Origin: the human T2T-CHM13v2.0 reference genome, Homo sapiens
DNA: 64,000 nucleotides
Strand: one strand, 5' to 3'
Assembly (NCBI RefSeq): GCF_009914755.1
Contig: NC_060948.1
A program made the position numbers and the translations under genes. This document shows, piece after piece, positions 35,734 to 48,875 of the stretch. The notes under the pieces are model-generated. The model did not search any database and was not told the origin of the DNA. It saw only the letters and a list, made by a program, of their open reading frames with translations. Position 1 is the first letter of the stretch, and the number at the start of each line of letters is the position of its first letter.

Positions 35734-36344
35734 ATTCACCTCCATATTCCCTTCCAATAATTACGACAACCCAATGCCAAAATAATTACATTTTAATACC
35801 ATCAATTGGGTTTGTCCATTCTCAAACTCTACATAAATGGAATAATACAGCATTTATTATTCTGAATAGCTTCTTTTGTTAATATGTTTCTGAGACCTAG
35901 CCACATGGATGTATAGACTGGGTTGTATATTCATTTTTTTCTCTCTATACACTATTCTGTTTTATGACAAATGTGGCCTTACAGAGGACTGGTACAGTTG
36001 ACTTAGTGATAAATATCAACATCAGTATTATGTTGGCTCTTCAAAGGAGAATGATTGCATCAGTCACTGTAAATAAACACAAATACTAGCCTTTCTTATT
36101 TGCTTTTAGCACTTGGGGTCAGGCTAAGAAAACGTGGTGTCAATTATTCTATTCAATTAAGGATCCAAAAAATGTACCACATTGTAAACAAACATTCCAT
36201 TATGGAAATCTGATGAGAGAAAATAGATCACATTTATATCTTCACTAGTCTCTTGCCCCACCTAGTTTCAAAACACTAGGCACATCAAGTTTCAGAACTC
36301 TCCATATGGATAGGAATGAGCTGAAAATCAGGCCACGTGTAAAG

Positions 36345-36595
36345 CCATGATTTCAGGAAAGAAAAAAATGGAAGCAGGCATGTTACATCGTAAGAGTGGG
36401 AGCAAGGCTGGGGAAGATGCCTCATATTTTTAAACAACCAGATCTTGTGAGAACTCACTCACTATCCCAAAGACAGCACCAAGTCATGAGAGATCCATCC
36501 CCATGTCCCACTCCCATCCTCCTAAGAGGCTGCACCTCCAATATTGGGAATTACAATTCAATATGAGAACTGAATGGGGCGTCCAGACTGTATCA
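36345..36595 (-). mobile_element. MSTA/B LTR, partial
   Basis: GAAGCAGGCATGTTACA...AAACAACCAGATCTTGTGAGAACTCACTCACTATC...CCAGACTGTATCA. Confidence 0.8.
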
Positions 36596-36880
36596 TGTGT
36601 GCATTGGGCATTTGAATGTCCAAGGTGTGAAGTGCTGGTTAAAATCCTTTGCCCATTTCTTAATTGGGTTGTTAGCCTCTCACTTATTGATTTACAGGAG
36701 CACATTGTATATACAGAACATGTGTGCCTTTTGTTATTTAAACAGGTTGCAAATACCATCTCTGGGTATGGCCTTTTCACTCTCATCATGGTATTTCATG
36801 ATCAGTGCACCTTGCTCATTTATCTTTTCCTTTTAACAGTAGTGCTTTTCATGTCCAATTTAAGATGCCTTTGAAAATTC
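36596..36880 (-). mobile_element. Ancient L1ME-like fragment
   Basis: GTGAAGTGCTGGTTAAAATCCTTTGCCCATTT...TTGCAAATACCATCTC. Confidence 0.6.
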
Positions 36881-37049
36881 TCCCCTTCTTCATGGCTCTC
36901 TAATGTTGTTAATCTTCTTACTTGCATGTTTCTCTTTGTTATCTGTAGATTGGGTAGTTTGAAGCAACAACATGTTTCTAGAAGCAGAACTGTGATCAGA
37001 TAGTATTTTGATTAAACTAGAAGTGTTCCTCAATTCTTTATTTGTATTA

Positions 37050-37258
37050 TTTATTTATTTACATTGGATATTGACAAATTACTATTGTATATATATTTGT
37101 GAGGTAAAAACTGATGCTGTGATGCATATATATCCAGAGAAATGATTGAGTGAAGCTAATTAACATCATGTTCATCACCTCAGTTCTTATTGTTAACCCC
37201 TCCTGTCTAACAGAACCATCATACCCTTAGACCAGTATTTCCCCATGTCCCCTCCTCC
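37050..37258 (-). mobile_element. L1MA-type 3'UTR fragment
   Basis: TTGACAAAT...AATGATTGAGTGAAGCTAATTAACAT...CATCACCTCA...CCCTTAGACCA. Confidence 0.6.
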
Positions 37259-37326
37259 CTTTCTTTACTTCTTTTTACATGAACTTTATTCTCCTGTTGT
37301 ATGTAGTGAAACCAACTGAACTTAAT

Positions 37327-37621
37327 TTCTTTCTTTTTCTTTTTGAGATGGGATCTTGCTCTGTTGCCCAGGCTGGACTGCAGTGGTCCAATCTTAGCTC
37401 ACTGCAGGCTTGACCCTCTGGGCTCAATTGATCCCCCACCTCAGCCTCTCAACTAGCTAACACTACCAGGTGTGTGCCACCATATCCACCTAATTTTTGT
37501 ACTTTTTTGTGGAAGTAAGTTTTCAGTATGTTTTCCAGGCTGGTCTGGAAATCTTAGATGATGCTCCCTCTTCAGCCTCTCAAAGTGCTGTGATTACAGC
37601 TGTGAGCCACTGCACCTGGCT
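37327..37621 (-). mobile_element. AluJ
   Basis: Dimeric Alu, CTTAGCTCACTGCAG, ending TGAGCCACTGCACCTGGC. Confidence 0.88.
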
Positions 37622-39769
37622 TAATTAATTCCTTTATGTTAAGCCTTTCCCCTTTAGTAAAATACACTGATTCTTTTCATACAGAACCATTATCAGTCAC
37701 TTAAAACTTAGTACAAATAAGTTATAAAATTCATCTCATTTCTATGATGTTAGGAATATAAACACTATGAAATAAAAATTTACTGTGCACCTATTAAGGG
37801 GAGGAAAGAGGACCAAAAGTCAAGTTAGAGAAAATAAAAAATAATTTCAGCGACTTCGATAATGGACAACTCTCCAAATCTTGAAATATACTGCTAGTCA
37901 AATAAGATCAAATCATTAATTCAATAGCAGTTCTTATAATATGAGTAAGAACTATTAGTATAATGAAGACAGCAACAATTCAGTAAGCACTCTTCATTGT
38001 TAAATACTGACATGTGAGAATTCATTGCCTTCAGAACTCACCTGACTATAGTTCATAACTTTGCTTCCACAGATGAACAAAAAACTCATACAAGTTTTCA
38101 TGCTAGCATAGATTGTCCTATATAAAGTAAGAATGGCATTATAAAGTGATGTATATAGGAGTAATTAATCTGATTTATTTTAATCTGTAAGTCTATACCA
38201 AATTCTGATTCTTATGAAAAATAAATTATGATTCTATGTAAAATTCCTGATAATATTCAGTTTGGACTTCTATTACATCACATTTTCTTAGCTAAATTAT
38301 TTTAATGAGTGCTTTACTTAAATATGATTCTTTAATGAAGAAAATCTGAGTAAACATATTTTTATATAAACAAAATGAATAAGCATTGGCAAAGAAAACA
38401 TAACTTATTAATTCAAGGTTACACATGCTTTTCAGGGATACATTCACTAATGCACAAAGTCATTGAAAAATATTTTTATTGTTCTGTTAAAAAACATTAG
38501 GTTTTTGGATTACATTTTAAATCAGATTAAAATTGATCAGCTTTTGCTCTGGCAAATAATAAAATATGTAGCAAGGCTAAAAGATTAATTTTTGGTGACC
38601 ATTACAAACAATAAATGTAAGGATGGAATAAGAGATATATTCCTATCTTCATCTATATTCAAATCTACCCTTATGGGAAACTTGAGTGAGGTCCACTACT
38701 TTTATATTTACAGATGCTAGGTTATATATGAATTACGTATGCCTGCCAAAAATGTACAATTTAAGGCTTGCATTTGCACCTGGACACCTTTATTTATTTT
38801 TCAAATTCAGCCTAAAATGAATTTCACCCTGAATGTCATCAGTGAATTTTTTTAAAGGATATTGGCAGAAAAGGAATAACAGGGGTGATAGAGATTCATT
38901 CTAGTGACAGAATGGGCTTTCAATAAATAGAAAAAAGTAATGTGAGAGAAATATACAAACACCATTTTATCTGATGTGTCCCACTTGGAGAAATTGCTTT
39001 ATTATCAATATGTGTAGTTGTAAAATAATCTTGCACAGATTAAAATTTCAGAAGACAGAATGTTTTTGTGTATCTGCTCAATTCAAAGTTGCCTTCAAGG
39101 GAGCTAGAAGACTGAAGCAATTTTCCAGGCAATCAGTTGGAATTTCCCTGTTTCACCTAAAGGAGAAAACAGAAATACTTGAAATCTATTATGTCTTTTT
39201 CAAGTTGGTCATTAGGGTGATTACTCTGATTTATGAAGTACCCTCTTTGGAAACTTTAGTCCTTCCACTCTATTTCCTTTTATGTCAGGAATTTTTAGCC
39301 CAATGGCTCTTTTTAAGTCTTATCATTGCAAATAGAAAAAGATGGAAAGACATTTGTAAAAAGAACAAGGAAGGGAGGCATTGGAAGACATGAAGAATAG
39401 TCTTTGAATTTTAGCTTTGGAAAAGATTAACAGGAATGAGGCAAAGTCCATTTGCAAGGAGGGAACTTCCAGCTGTGGCCAGAAAGACTGCTGGATGCCT
39501 GCAGAATGGCCTACTTTGTTCTGATGAGAGACTGCATAAGGCTATCTTATAGGGGTCACATAACCATGGCCATTAGGAAGAAGTATTTTTTAAATGAGTT
39601 TTGCAGATTAAATAAATGAAAGATGTCGGACATTTTCATCTTCAACCAATCAAGTAGTATCATTCAGGGACCATGTTTAGTGCAGGTCAGCAGCCCTAAC
39701 CGTTGCATTTTTCATGAGTCAATTGTATGTAATTGTATACATTTATACACTAGCCAGCAATGTAGGCAT

Positions 39770-39832
39770 AGTTACTTAGTCTGGTCCTACTGCTATAGCA
39801 AAACAGCTTAGACTGGATAATGTACAAAGAAC
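39770..39832 (-). mobile_element. MST/MLT1A-type LTR end fragment, fused by deletion to the MER61 LTR
   Basis: CTTAGTCTGGTCCTACTGCTATAGCAAAACAGCTTAGACTGGATAAT...AAAGAACAG. Confidence 0.6.
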
Positions 39833-40144
39833 AGGTTATCTTGGGGCAGACATCCATCCAATGAAAGGGGATGCTATCTCGGGGCCGGCGTGTATCTGGT
39901 TAGGGAGGCGTTTGGAATGTTTCTGACTGGAAATGTCATTTGTGATTTATCGTCATAGCATTAAGCTGATACCCTTTGGACTTAGAGACTTTTTGATCAA
40001 GATGAACGTTAGAATGATAGTGATCATTCAAGATGGTAATGCTTCCGCTCTGTCAATCCAGACCCTATAGTTATAAAAAGGATGGGGGCAGTGTATTCTT
40101 TCTGGCTCCTTCCTGCTGACAAGGGAATGGAGAGATTTCAGGAC

Positions 40145-40484
40145 TCAGATTGACTGTAAGAGTTTCCATCTGTAGATGATTTTGGGTAGTTGTCTATGAA
40201 ATGGCCACGATCCTGTTAAAAATCTTTGAAAAAGTTTAATTAGGCACAGGAAGAACATTAGTCCTAGAAGTATTATTAGGAGAGGGCCCAGAAATGGGAT
40301 GATCCATGCTATGATTTTGTTTCCAAACCAAGAATCTATTTGGTTGTTTTGGTACTTCCTTAGCTTTTTAGCCCTTTCTTTAAGTCTTTCATCAGCAGTG
40401 TCTCTTCCTAGGCCCAGTCGATTGAGATAGAAACAACATTCCTCACTTAATGAAAGGGAGAGGTGCAAGTTTGGAAAGACCCAT
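40145..40484 (-). pseudogene. env: env remnant (start-like MGLSKLAPLP fused to TM C-terminus)
   Basis: EECCFYLN...AWIIPFLGPLLIILLGLMFF: the CC end of the CX6CC motif and the membrane anchor of a gamma-type TM subunit. Confidence 0.8.
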
Positions 40485-40487
40485 GCA

Positions 40488-40650
40488 TTATTTTCTGTTA
40501 GTAACCATTATTCCTGCTATGAGAATAATAAGAAAAACACTACAGTAATTGAGATTTTTGTCAGATATTCCACCTGAGGGTAGTACAGTATGTAGTTCTA
40601 CTGCAAATAGTAGAGTAAAGCAATTCCCAGAAGGGTGGCATAATAAATCT
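40488..40650 (-). pseudogene. Decayed hydrophobic micro-ORF between pol and env of MER61-int
   Basis: Reads IYYATLLGIA / (frameshift) TLLFAVELHTVLPSGGISDKNLNYCSVFLIILIAGIMVTNRK*; similar to ERV9 58585-58749. Confidence 0.55.
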
Positions 40651-40725
40651 TACGAGGAGAGGTAGGAATGATGAAAACTATTTTATGAGACAGGGGTGAG
40701 ACTGAATAAGATGAGTAGTTCTCAG

Positions 40726-40872
40726 TTACTTATTTTTTATGATTTTCAACTTAAGATTTCCTATTTTTTTACATTGATATTTAGGACATTCCTTTGGGCT
40801 GTCAGAGGTTGCTTCATCAGCTTTCCAGGCTTTGACTCAAGTGTGATGTATTTGGGAGTTGATTCCTGTAAC
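40726..40872 (-). pseudogene. pol: Integrase C-terminal remnant
   Basis: TGINSQIHHT*VKAWK...KYQCKKIGNLKLKIIKNK*; compare ERV9 TGVEPWIHHTRVKLW in this window. Confidence 0.7.
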
Positions 40873-43800
40873 ATATACTGTCTTAATTACCCTGAGTTCC
40901 ACTGACTCACTAGATGTGGGGGCAAAGGATACTGGGCACCCTCAATTATTAGTTGTTGGTGCCAGCATTAAAGAGATTTCCTTCTGTGATGGTCTGGTCG
41001 GGTGGAGGCAGGATCTGCTGAAATATCTAGTTTTCAGTTTATGGGCCTTTAAAAAAGCACAGATTATCTTGGAAAATTGTCACCAGAAAAATTAGAATTT
41101 AATTTAAACTGTAGAAAATAATAAAAATTGAGAAGCATTAGGCAACATTAGAATTTAACAAGTGTGTTACAGTTCTTGAAACATAATTTTCTCTCTCCAG
41201 TTTTCCATTTTTATTAAAAGGTAAATTATGGTAGGACTGATTTACTTTACTATACTTTGTTAATTATTTGCATACAGTGCAGGAAGAATAATTATTTGTT
41301 ACACAGGCCTTTTAAATGTGCATTGATGGAATTTTGTTCCATAGAAGAAATCTGACATAAGACTTTTTAAAGGTGAGTCAAGCCATGGAATTTACCATTA
41401 AATACCTATGTGTTGCCTCTGGAGGGATCAACATAACTTGGGGTTCCTGGCCTGTAAGAAAGTGACATTCTTTACTTCCCACAGATCAGAAACCCTGTAC
41501 AGGAACTGTGTACACAAAATATGAGGACAGTTTTCTAAGGGCTTTATTGGCTTCATAAGCAAGTTTCATTCCTCAAAGAAAGAACACTATTACAGTCAAA
41601 ACCTTGGTAAAATTACCAGTTTCTCCAATTGCATCCTGTTAGAAATGAAAACAGATTATTATGGCATTTAGGCAAACAACTGTATCACTATAACTTAATA
41701 ATATTCACAGATAGTTTCCAAATTCTGGAGAAAATCAGGTAGAGAGAAACAAGTATGCTCCAAATTTTGTTCACAGGAGTATACTAAATTATTAAAAGCT
41801 GTTAATAGCTCTAAAAAGAAGTTTCTTTGTCTTTTGAAAGCAAAACAAAATGTTTGCAATATTTTAAGCAAACATAAAAAAGATCCTCCAGTCTCCTATT
41901 AGTTCAGTTCAGGAGGTTAATTTGTATCCTGCCTGATATTAATGAACATTTTAGCTCTTCAAGAGTCCTGAATGTTTTTCCTTGATTCCAATGTTATAAT
42001 ATGCAAACTTATGAGAAATCTGTATTAAAGAACACTTTTTAGAGCTTTATAGCTGATTATGAAACCACCTTCAAAAGAGAACCAAAATAAGACAACAATT
42101 GTTCATGGATGACAAAAAGTATTAGGGTAGCCAAAATTAAATTTACAATTGACAAGGATATCTGTTGCCTTTGTGGCACACAATAACTTTACCATAGCAA
42201 TTATAATTATTACTGATAATGTACACAAAGATATATCAGAAATATAGCAGTGTCTTACAACTTTGGAACACATACCAATAATGTATTTGTACAAATATAG
42301 CCCAAAGAAATCCAAACACCATTTTATATTTGACAATGCTTCCTGTATGATTTTATACCAAATAAGCCAAACTTTAACTTTATATTAGTGTGCTATTAAT
42401 GTTAAACTCAATTTGTAATAAAACCTTGTAGACACATTTACCCAATTTTCATGTTTGACAATAGGTAGGACTTTTGTAGACCCATTTAAATAAACTCTTT
42501 ATAATTTTTGTCAAAGAGCACATTAGTGCTTTAAGAAAAACCCTTTGTGCTTCTATTTTAATGCTTAATTTACAGAAAAACTGGATGATACCCCGTAACT
42601 TTAGCCAATGTGTTTACACAGAATTTCCTTTAGAATTAACCTTCCAAAATTGCTTAAACCTTCATTTTTATGTTGTTCAACTTAAAACAATTCTTTAATC
42701 TTTTAATCTTGGTAAAAATCCACATTTGCATGCCTTCTTACAATCTTTCTACTAAAAGTATATGCAAAGTGTGTTTCTCAATAGTATTAAATACATGTCA
42801 CAGTGTTAACTTTTAGCAACCTTTAATTAGTTGGTAAGTTTGGGGTTTTAATTTAATTATGCACTAGGTGGAGAGCCTAGGACCTAGATAGAAGTGCAGA
42901 TAAGGTCTTCTTCCAGCATTTAACTCTATGTGTCCTAGATTTTTACCTCACTGAAAACATGCAAGCTGTAAAGCTAGGAATTACCATTTTAGAGGCCTAA
43001 TCACTTTTAAATTGTACCACACTTCTTGGATAAATTCCCTTTTATAAAATTTTTAATCACTTTCATAGACAATCTCAGACATGCCTCAACTATACTGTAT
43101 TTAACACAGTTTATAGTTTAGCTTTGAAACAAACATGATAACAGTCCTTTCCCAGAACAAACTACCTTCAGGTCTGTGGAACAGACTGTTTTAAGGCCAC
43201 AAGATTAGAAGTTATGGTATTTTACTAAATAGTTCAAGATGTAGCTACCTTCATTAAACCAATATTAATGTTTAATTTATTTAAAAATTATACAAGCAAA
43301 GATTATGTATATATGTATATATGTGTGTGTGTATATATATATGTATATGTATATATATATGTATTTTTTGTGCTAATTTCCCAATTGGATTACCGGCCTT
43401 TGGGTGAGGCCCTTTAAGAACAGGCCTAGGAAAACAGCTTTCAGCAGCTTTCAGGGCCTAATAAACAAGCATAGCTGGAAAACAGAGACGGATTTTGGGA
43501 GGTACTTACTCAATTCTAATTCCAGGGATTCCATAAGGAAAACAGAGATTTTTTCCATAATGGGATTTGTGGTGCCTTTTCTGTTTCCTCAAGGAGTCCC
43601 AGGCCAGGATAAGTCATTTTAGGGTTTTTCATGCTTGCACCAAGAGTGGCAAGACAGAGTGGAGAAAACTAATTCAGTTCACTGAGAATTAACCTTTTCC
43701 AGGAAAACAAGATTTATGAAGAGGAAAACATAAAAGCTTTTGAATATACTCATAGCTTCAATATCAATTTTAATGAAGCTGAGTGCTCTTTTTCATTAGG

Positions 43801-45397
43801 GGTGAGAGTGGAGGTTAGAATTATGTAAATATCATGCCAAGTTAAGTTAAAGGATTGGGTTATGTGCAGGAATTCCCTGTGATAATTAGAGGGATTTTCA
43901 GAGAAACATCACAGATGCTGTTCACTCTGTGACAAATCAGACATGGAGAAAGGCACAAGAAAATGAGCAATGCCTGCAGCCAGACATTTCCCTGAGAGGG
44001 AGAATGGCCAAGGTGGTTTGACTGGTAGTATTTGAATGGGCAATGGCAGAGAAGAGGGAGAGTGGCAGTTTGGGCTGGAAGGCTTGAGGGCAAGAGGGGT
44101 CAGTGAGGCGGAGAGTTTGGACAGGTAAGGAGTGGATGCAGGGGGAGGAGAATATGGAGGGGGTTCATCTGCAGAGTCAAAAGGAGATTTGGAGGAAAGA
44201 GAGACCTGGAGAGGGTTTTCATTAAGAAGAAGGATTTCACGAAGGGTGCAAGCTTGACACAGGGTGGGTTGGGATTTAAGGTAGAAGAAATCCTGAATAT
44301 AGAGAACCTCTTGTCATTTGTCATTTCTGGTTATGAAGTTGTCAAGTTTCCTGAGAATCTGAAAGTTAAAGGTGCCATTTTCAGGCCATTGGCTGTCATT
44401 AACTAATCTTTACCAGGGCCAGGCCATGGTGCAATAAAAAAACCAAATGCTTTGGCTTCATTTTTCCCATAAGACACGTTTGGTGAGGCTGTGAAGGAAA
44501 CAGCCCAGTGGAGAGAACATTTGACACCTTTGTGGGCTGGTAAGGAGAAAACGAGGCTGTCAGTTTTTGATCTAGACATCCCCAGAGAAAAGACAGAGAC
44601 CCAGAATCCTCTTCCCAAAGAGGATGTTCAAGCTGAGATGAAACTGGACATCCCCAAGATTTCTTCTAGCTTAGAAGCACTGGTCCTCTGAGGACTGGGA
44701 TGGCAGACCTTAGTTTCCTGGGTACCATAAGAAAACCAGAGGAGGGCAGATCTTACCAGTCAGCTGCATTAGTGTCTGATATTGGATGTTCTAGTTGGAA
44801 TCAGCAAAGTTCCTTTTAGACTGTTGCCACACAAGGAAAGAGAGAAGGAAGGATGAATGAAATACTCATTGCAGGTGGTCAGAGGTGGATTCCCAAGACC
44901 TGAAGGTTTTGAAAACCCACTGCAGGAGACGTTTATGGCAGGGTTGGAATGTCTCCAGCCAGAGGGGAGGTTATCTCAGGGCTGGCATATCTCTGGTCAG
45001 GTGGGTTTGGAATGTTTCTGGTTGAAGATGTCATTTGTGATTTATGGTCATGCTGACCTTAGCCATCAGGCTGTTGCCCTCTGGATTTAGATGGTTTTTG
45101 ATCAAGGTGAACTTTAGAATGATGGCACTTGTCCAAGTTGGCAATGCTTCTGCTCTATCATATACAGTATGTTTTATATATTATATAAAACATATATTAA
45201 GACTTGTGATATATATTACAACAGTTTTAATCCATATAATGTAATACAACTGCATCTAAAACATGCTGTTTGTAATTCATATAAATATATAAGTATATAT
45301 ATAAGTATGCATATATATATAGACAATTACTATATATGGTATAAATATATATTGTGTAAGTAAATATATATGTATGCAGTAATTATATATGTATATG

Positions 45398-45738
45398 TAG
45401 TCATCATTGACTTAATGATGGGAATACGTTCTGAGAAATGGGTCATTAGATTTCATCATTGTGCACCTCATAATGCCTTTCACAAACCTAAAAGGGGTAG
45501 TTACTACTCACTCAGGCTGTATGGTACAGCCTACTACTGCTCCTAGCCTGCAAACCTTCACAGCATTTTACTGTACTGAATATTGTAGGCAACTGTAACA
45601 CAATGGTAAGTATTTGTGTAACTAAACATACCTAAACCAAGAAAAGATACATTGAAAACATGGTGTTATAACCTTACGGGATCATAATTATCTATACAGT
45701 CTATTGTTACTAAAATATCATTATATGGTACATGATTG
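45398..45738 (+). mobile_element. Tigger3a/MER7-type Tc1-mariner MITE
   Basis: TIRs (T)AGTCAT...CATGATTG; ATACGTTCTGAGAAATG and GTAACACAATGGTAAGTATTTGTGTA; TA-rich flanks. Confidence 0.8.
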
Positions 45739-45816
45739 TATATTTATATTTATATATATGCATAAAACGAAGAGTACCTCTTAGATTCATTTTTCTAACA
45801 TTATATGGATTAAAAT

Positions 45817-46291
45817 TGTTGATGAAAAGAGTCAAACTCTGTAAAATATTTGAAGAGATTTATTCTGAGCCAAATATGACTGACCATGTCCCATGACATA
45901 GCCCTTAGGATACCCTGAGAATATACAGCTTGGTTTTATACATTTTAGGGGGACTTGAGATATCAGTCAAATACATTTAAGATATACATTCATTTTGTTC
46001 AGAAATGTGGGACAACTCAAAGTTGGTAGGGGGCTTTCCAGGTTATAGATAGATTTAAAATTTTATTATCAATAAAAAGGAATATCTAGGTTTGAATAAG
46101 AGGTCGTGGAGAATAACGTTTCATCATACAAATGAGACCTCCAGGTAGCAAGGCCCCAGAGAGAATAGACTGTAAATGTTTCTTATCAGACTTAAGGTTT
46201 CTGTTAATGTTAAATGCTGGTCAGCTTTTCCTGAAAAAAAGGAAAAGGGAGCAGGGTATAATAAGGCATGTCTCACCCAGCTTCCAGTCAT
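45817..46291 (-). mobile_element. MER4A1-like solo LTR, truncated
   Basis: TGTTGATGAAAAGAGTCAAACTCTGTAAAATATTTGAAGAGATTTATTCTGAGCCAAATATGA...CCTCCAGGTAGCA...TTTCTTATCAGACTT. Confidence 0.82.
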
Positions 46292-46439
46292 TTGCTCTGG
46301 CATACAGGAGGAAGTTGATGCAAATGTTTGGGCAGGGTTGGGGGTGTGTGCTTAATTTTGATGTTAACCACAATTTTTCACAATTTTTTTCAAGATGTGA
46401 ATTTGGGGAGACACATGCATACCCTAGCACATTTGATAC

Positions 46440-46552
46440 CTCTATTTTCTAGGTACAGAAGGAAAGTTACAAAGGTTAAATAAACTGCCTAAAATTACAC
46501 AGCTCACCTGCAGGAAAAATAATTGCATACCAGATCTGTCTGACTCTAAACC
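46440..46552 (-). mobile_element. MIR fragment
   Basis: CAAAGGTTAAATAAACTGCCTAAAATTACACAGC...CCAGATCTGTCTGACTCTAAA. Confidence 0.6.
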
Positions 46553-46579
46553 AGACCGATGTGATATTCAATTTTAATC

Positions 46580-46750
46580 TATAATATACATATAATATAT
46601 AAATATAGAATATAAATGTTTTTGTATTTAAATATATAGTTTACATGTGTGTATATATGTATATACACATATTTTATATATATAATATAATATATAATTA
46701 TATATAATATATAAAATTATATATAATATACAAAATCCACACATGTATAA
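46580..46750. repeat. TA-rich low-complexity tract
   Basis: Directly visible. Confidence 0.85.
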
Positions 46751-48123
46751 AACATTCTTATCAGAACTCATGTAGATTATTACAACCATAATCCTTGGAG
46801 TTTATATTGAGAGTTATTTAATTCACTTCCAAGAGCTATATTTTTTTGTTCTATGATCCCACAGAGTGTATATGAGTGTGTGCATGCATGCACACTATTT
46901 CTCTGGAACCCTTTCAGCTGTTTTCCCATGAAAATTGAAGTCACACAGAGTTGGTGCCATGGGATGACTATTGTTGCCCCTCCAGTATTGGTGCCAGCCT
47001 CTGGAATTTACCAGTCTCTGTACTTCTTGCATGCCCAGTAAATGAACAATGATGTAGCACCTAGAAGGCATACCAGTGGTTCTGCAGCTATTGTGTGCAG
47101 CAAACACAACAAAACCTTCAGAACAGCCTTTTAACTCCAAACAACTGTCGTTTGAATTAGAAACAAAAAGAGAAAATTATGAATACTTTAATGCTAAGAT
47201 CATCATCTGGAAGAAAACTGAAGAGATGAATTGACATTTAATGCATTTTCCAGTATAATTTATGTCAATTTAATATGAACATTTTAATTCATGTAAAACT
47301 TTTTTCTGTTTTCTTTTTCAGTAGCTTTTGCCCCATTCAAGTAGAGACCTGACTTTGTCCACACTGTGGAAGCTCAATCTCTTCACTGAGTTGACAGAAC
47401 AAAGACCTAGAAATATTTTTCCAGGAATCTTAGAATTGTTAACTACACTCTGGCCTGTCATATTTTTCTGTAAAAGAACAGAAAACTGCTTTAAGAGATG
47501 CAAAAGAAGATAAATGTGAATGACACTGTTAACATTTAAAATTAAGGGAAAGGCCAGTACAGACCAGCAATAGAAATGATTGTCCTTTTCTCTGACAGTT
47601 AAATGAAGAACTTTGTCTATACTCCTTCTGTGATTTAAATGTAATTTATCTTTTATTTAATCCTTGGAGGAATTTTCATTTGTCTACATGGAAAGCATAA
47701 GTTCTAGCTTCAGTTTTCAGGACTGTAGCTGGACTCAGGTGTGGCAATAAATGATCGCAAATGGATTCTTGGTGGGTAAAGTCTTATTAGCACAATGGCT
47801 CAGACATGCTGAAAACAAAGATTTTTAAAATTCAAGCAGGCTGAGATGGAGAAAAGTATACTTAATCAAATTCACAACTCTAAGTAATACATAATAATGT
47901 TATATTTTTAGATAAAGCACTATCTTTTGAAAAGGAAATTTAAAAGTTTTGCTCTAAACACATCTATAAATACTGAAAATAATTGTTGTTTAATGTAAAC
48001 CTTGGTAAATAGAGACAAGTCATCTTACTGCATTACAGACCCAACAGCCTTCAGTGAAAATGTTACAATGTTTTGTTTCATTTTGTTTTGTTTTTCTCTT
48101 GGTGCACTGAAACATGCTCTGCA

Positions 48124-48427
48124 GGGAGGGTGCCATGGCTGATGCCTATAATCCCAGTACTTTGGGAGGCCAAGGCAGGGGGCATCACCTGAGGTCAGGA
48201 GATTGAGACCAGACTGGCCATGGTGGTACACTGTCTCTAGCAGGAATACAAAAAATTTAGCCAGGCATGGTGGCATGTGCCTGTAGTCCAAGCTACTGGG
48301 GAAGTTGAAACAGGAGAATTGCTTGAACCCTGGTGGCAGAGGTTGCAGTGAGCTGAATTAGTGCCAATGCACTCTATCTAGTCTGGGTAACAGAGCAAGA
48401 CTCCATCTCAAAATAAATAAACAGGAG
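48124..48427 (+). mobile_element. AluS (Sx/Sz type)
   Basis: CACCTGAGGTCAGGAG; TSD GAAACATGCTCTGCA (48109-48123) / GAAGCATACTCTGCA (48428-48442). Confidence 0.88.
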
Positions 48428-48875
48428 GAAGCATACTCTGCAATTTTCCCTGAACATGTTCTACTGTCAGATCTGCTCTGGAGCATTTGATCAACTCATT
48501 TCATTACTAACCCAGCATTTCTTGTTCCTGTAAGTGTTAGATGAAACTAACCCAAATGTTCAATTTTGCAGGCAAAGGATCACCTTGGTTAGTTGAGCCT
48601 AAGATGGCAAAAACAAAGCAGTTGCCTGGCTGAATTTATTACATTTAGACTTATTTATTATGTTACTTTACATTTTTATTTAAGGCTAGAGAACATAGGT
48701 TATACAATTCTGATTCTTTGGAAAATGTTGACACTTATTTTATGCCTAGAACATGGTTAAATTTTCTAAAATGTACATCTTAAAAGGAAAAGATTATTTG
48801 TGGATGTAAAGTTCAGTGTATATCTTATGACACATTTTTATTAATTGTATTGTTCAAATGTAACATCTCTACTTC

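Larger units (their letters stand above)
39833..45160 (-). mobile_element. MER61-type (MER4-group, class I) non-autonomous provirus: partial 3' LTR 39833-40055, internal region, partial 5' LTR ~44930-45160
   Basis: Both LTR pieces start TGA(C/T)AGAGC(G/A)GAAGCAT on the minus strand. Gag remnant ~43800-44590, AT-rich internal region, integrase tail and env TM remnant. Homologous to 50652-51572 and 61424-63698. Confidence 0.8.

Noticed and set aside
38974-39393. 139-aa ORF in non-repeat DNA
   Set aside because: No recognisable domain, composition typical of AT-rich chance frames, no supporting exon structure.
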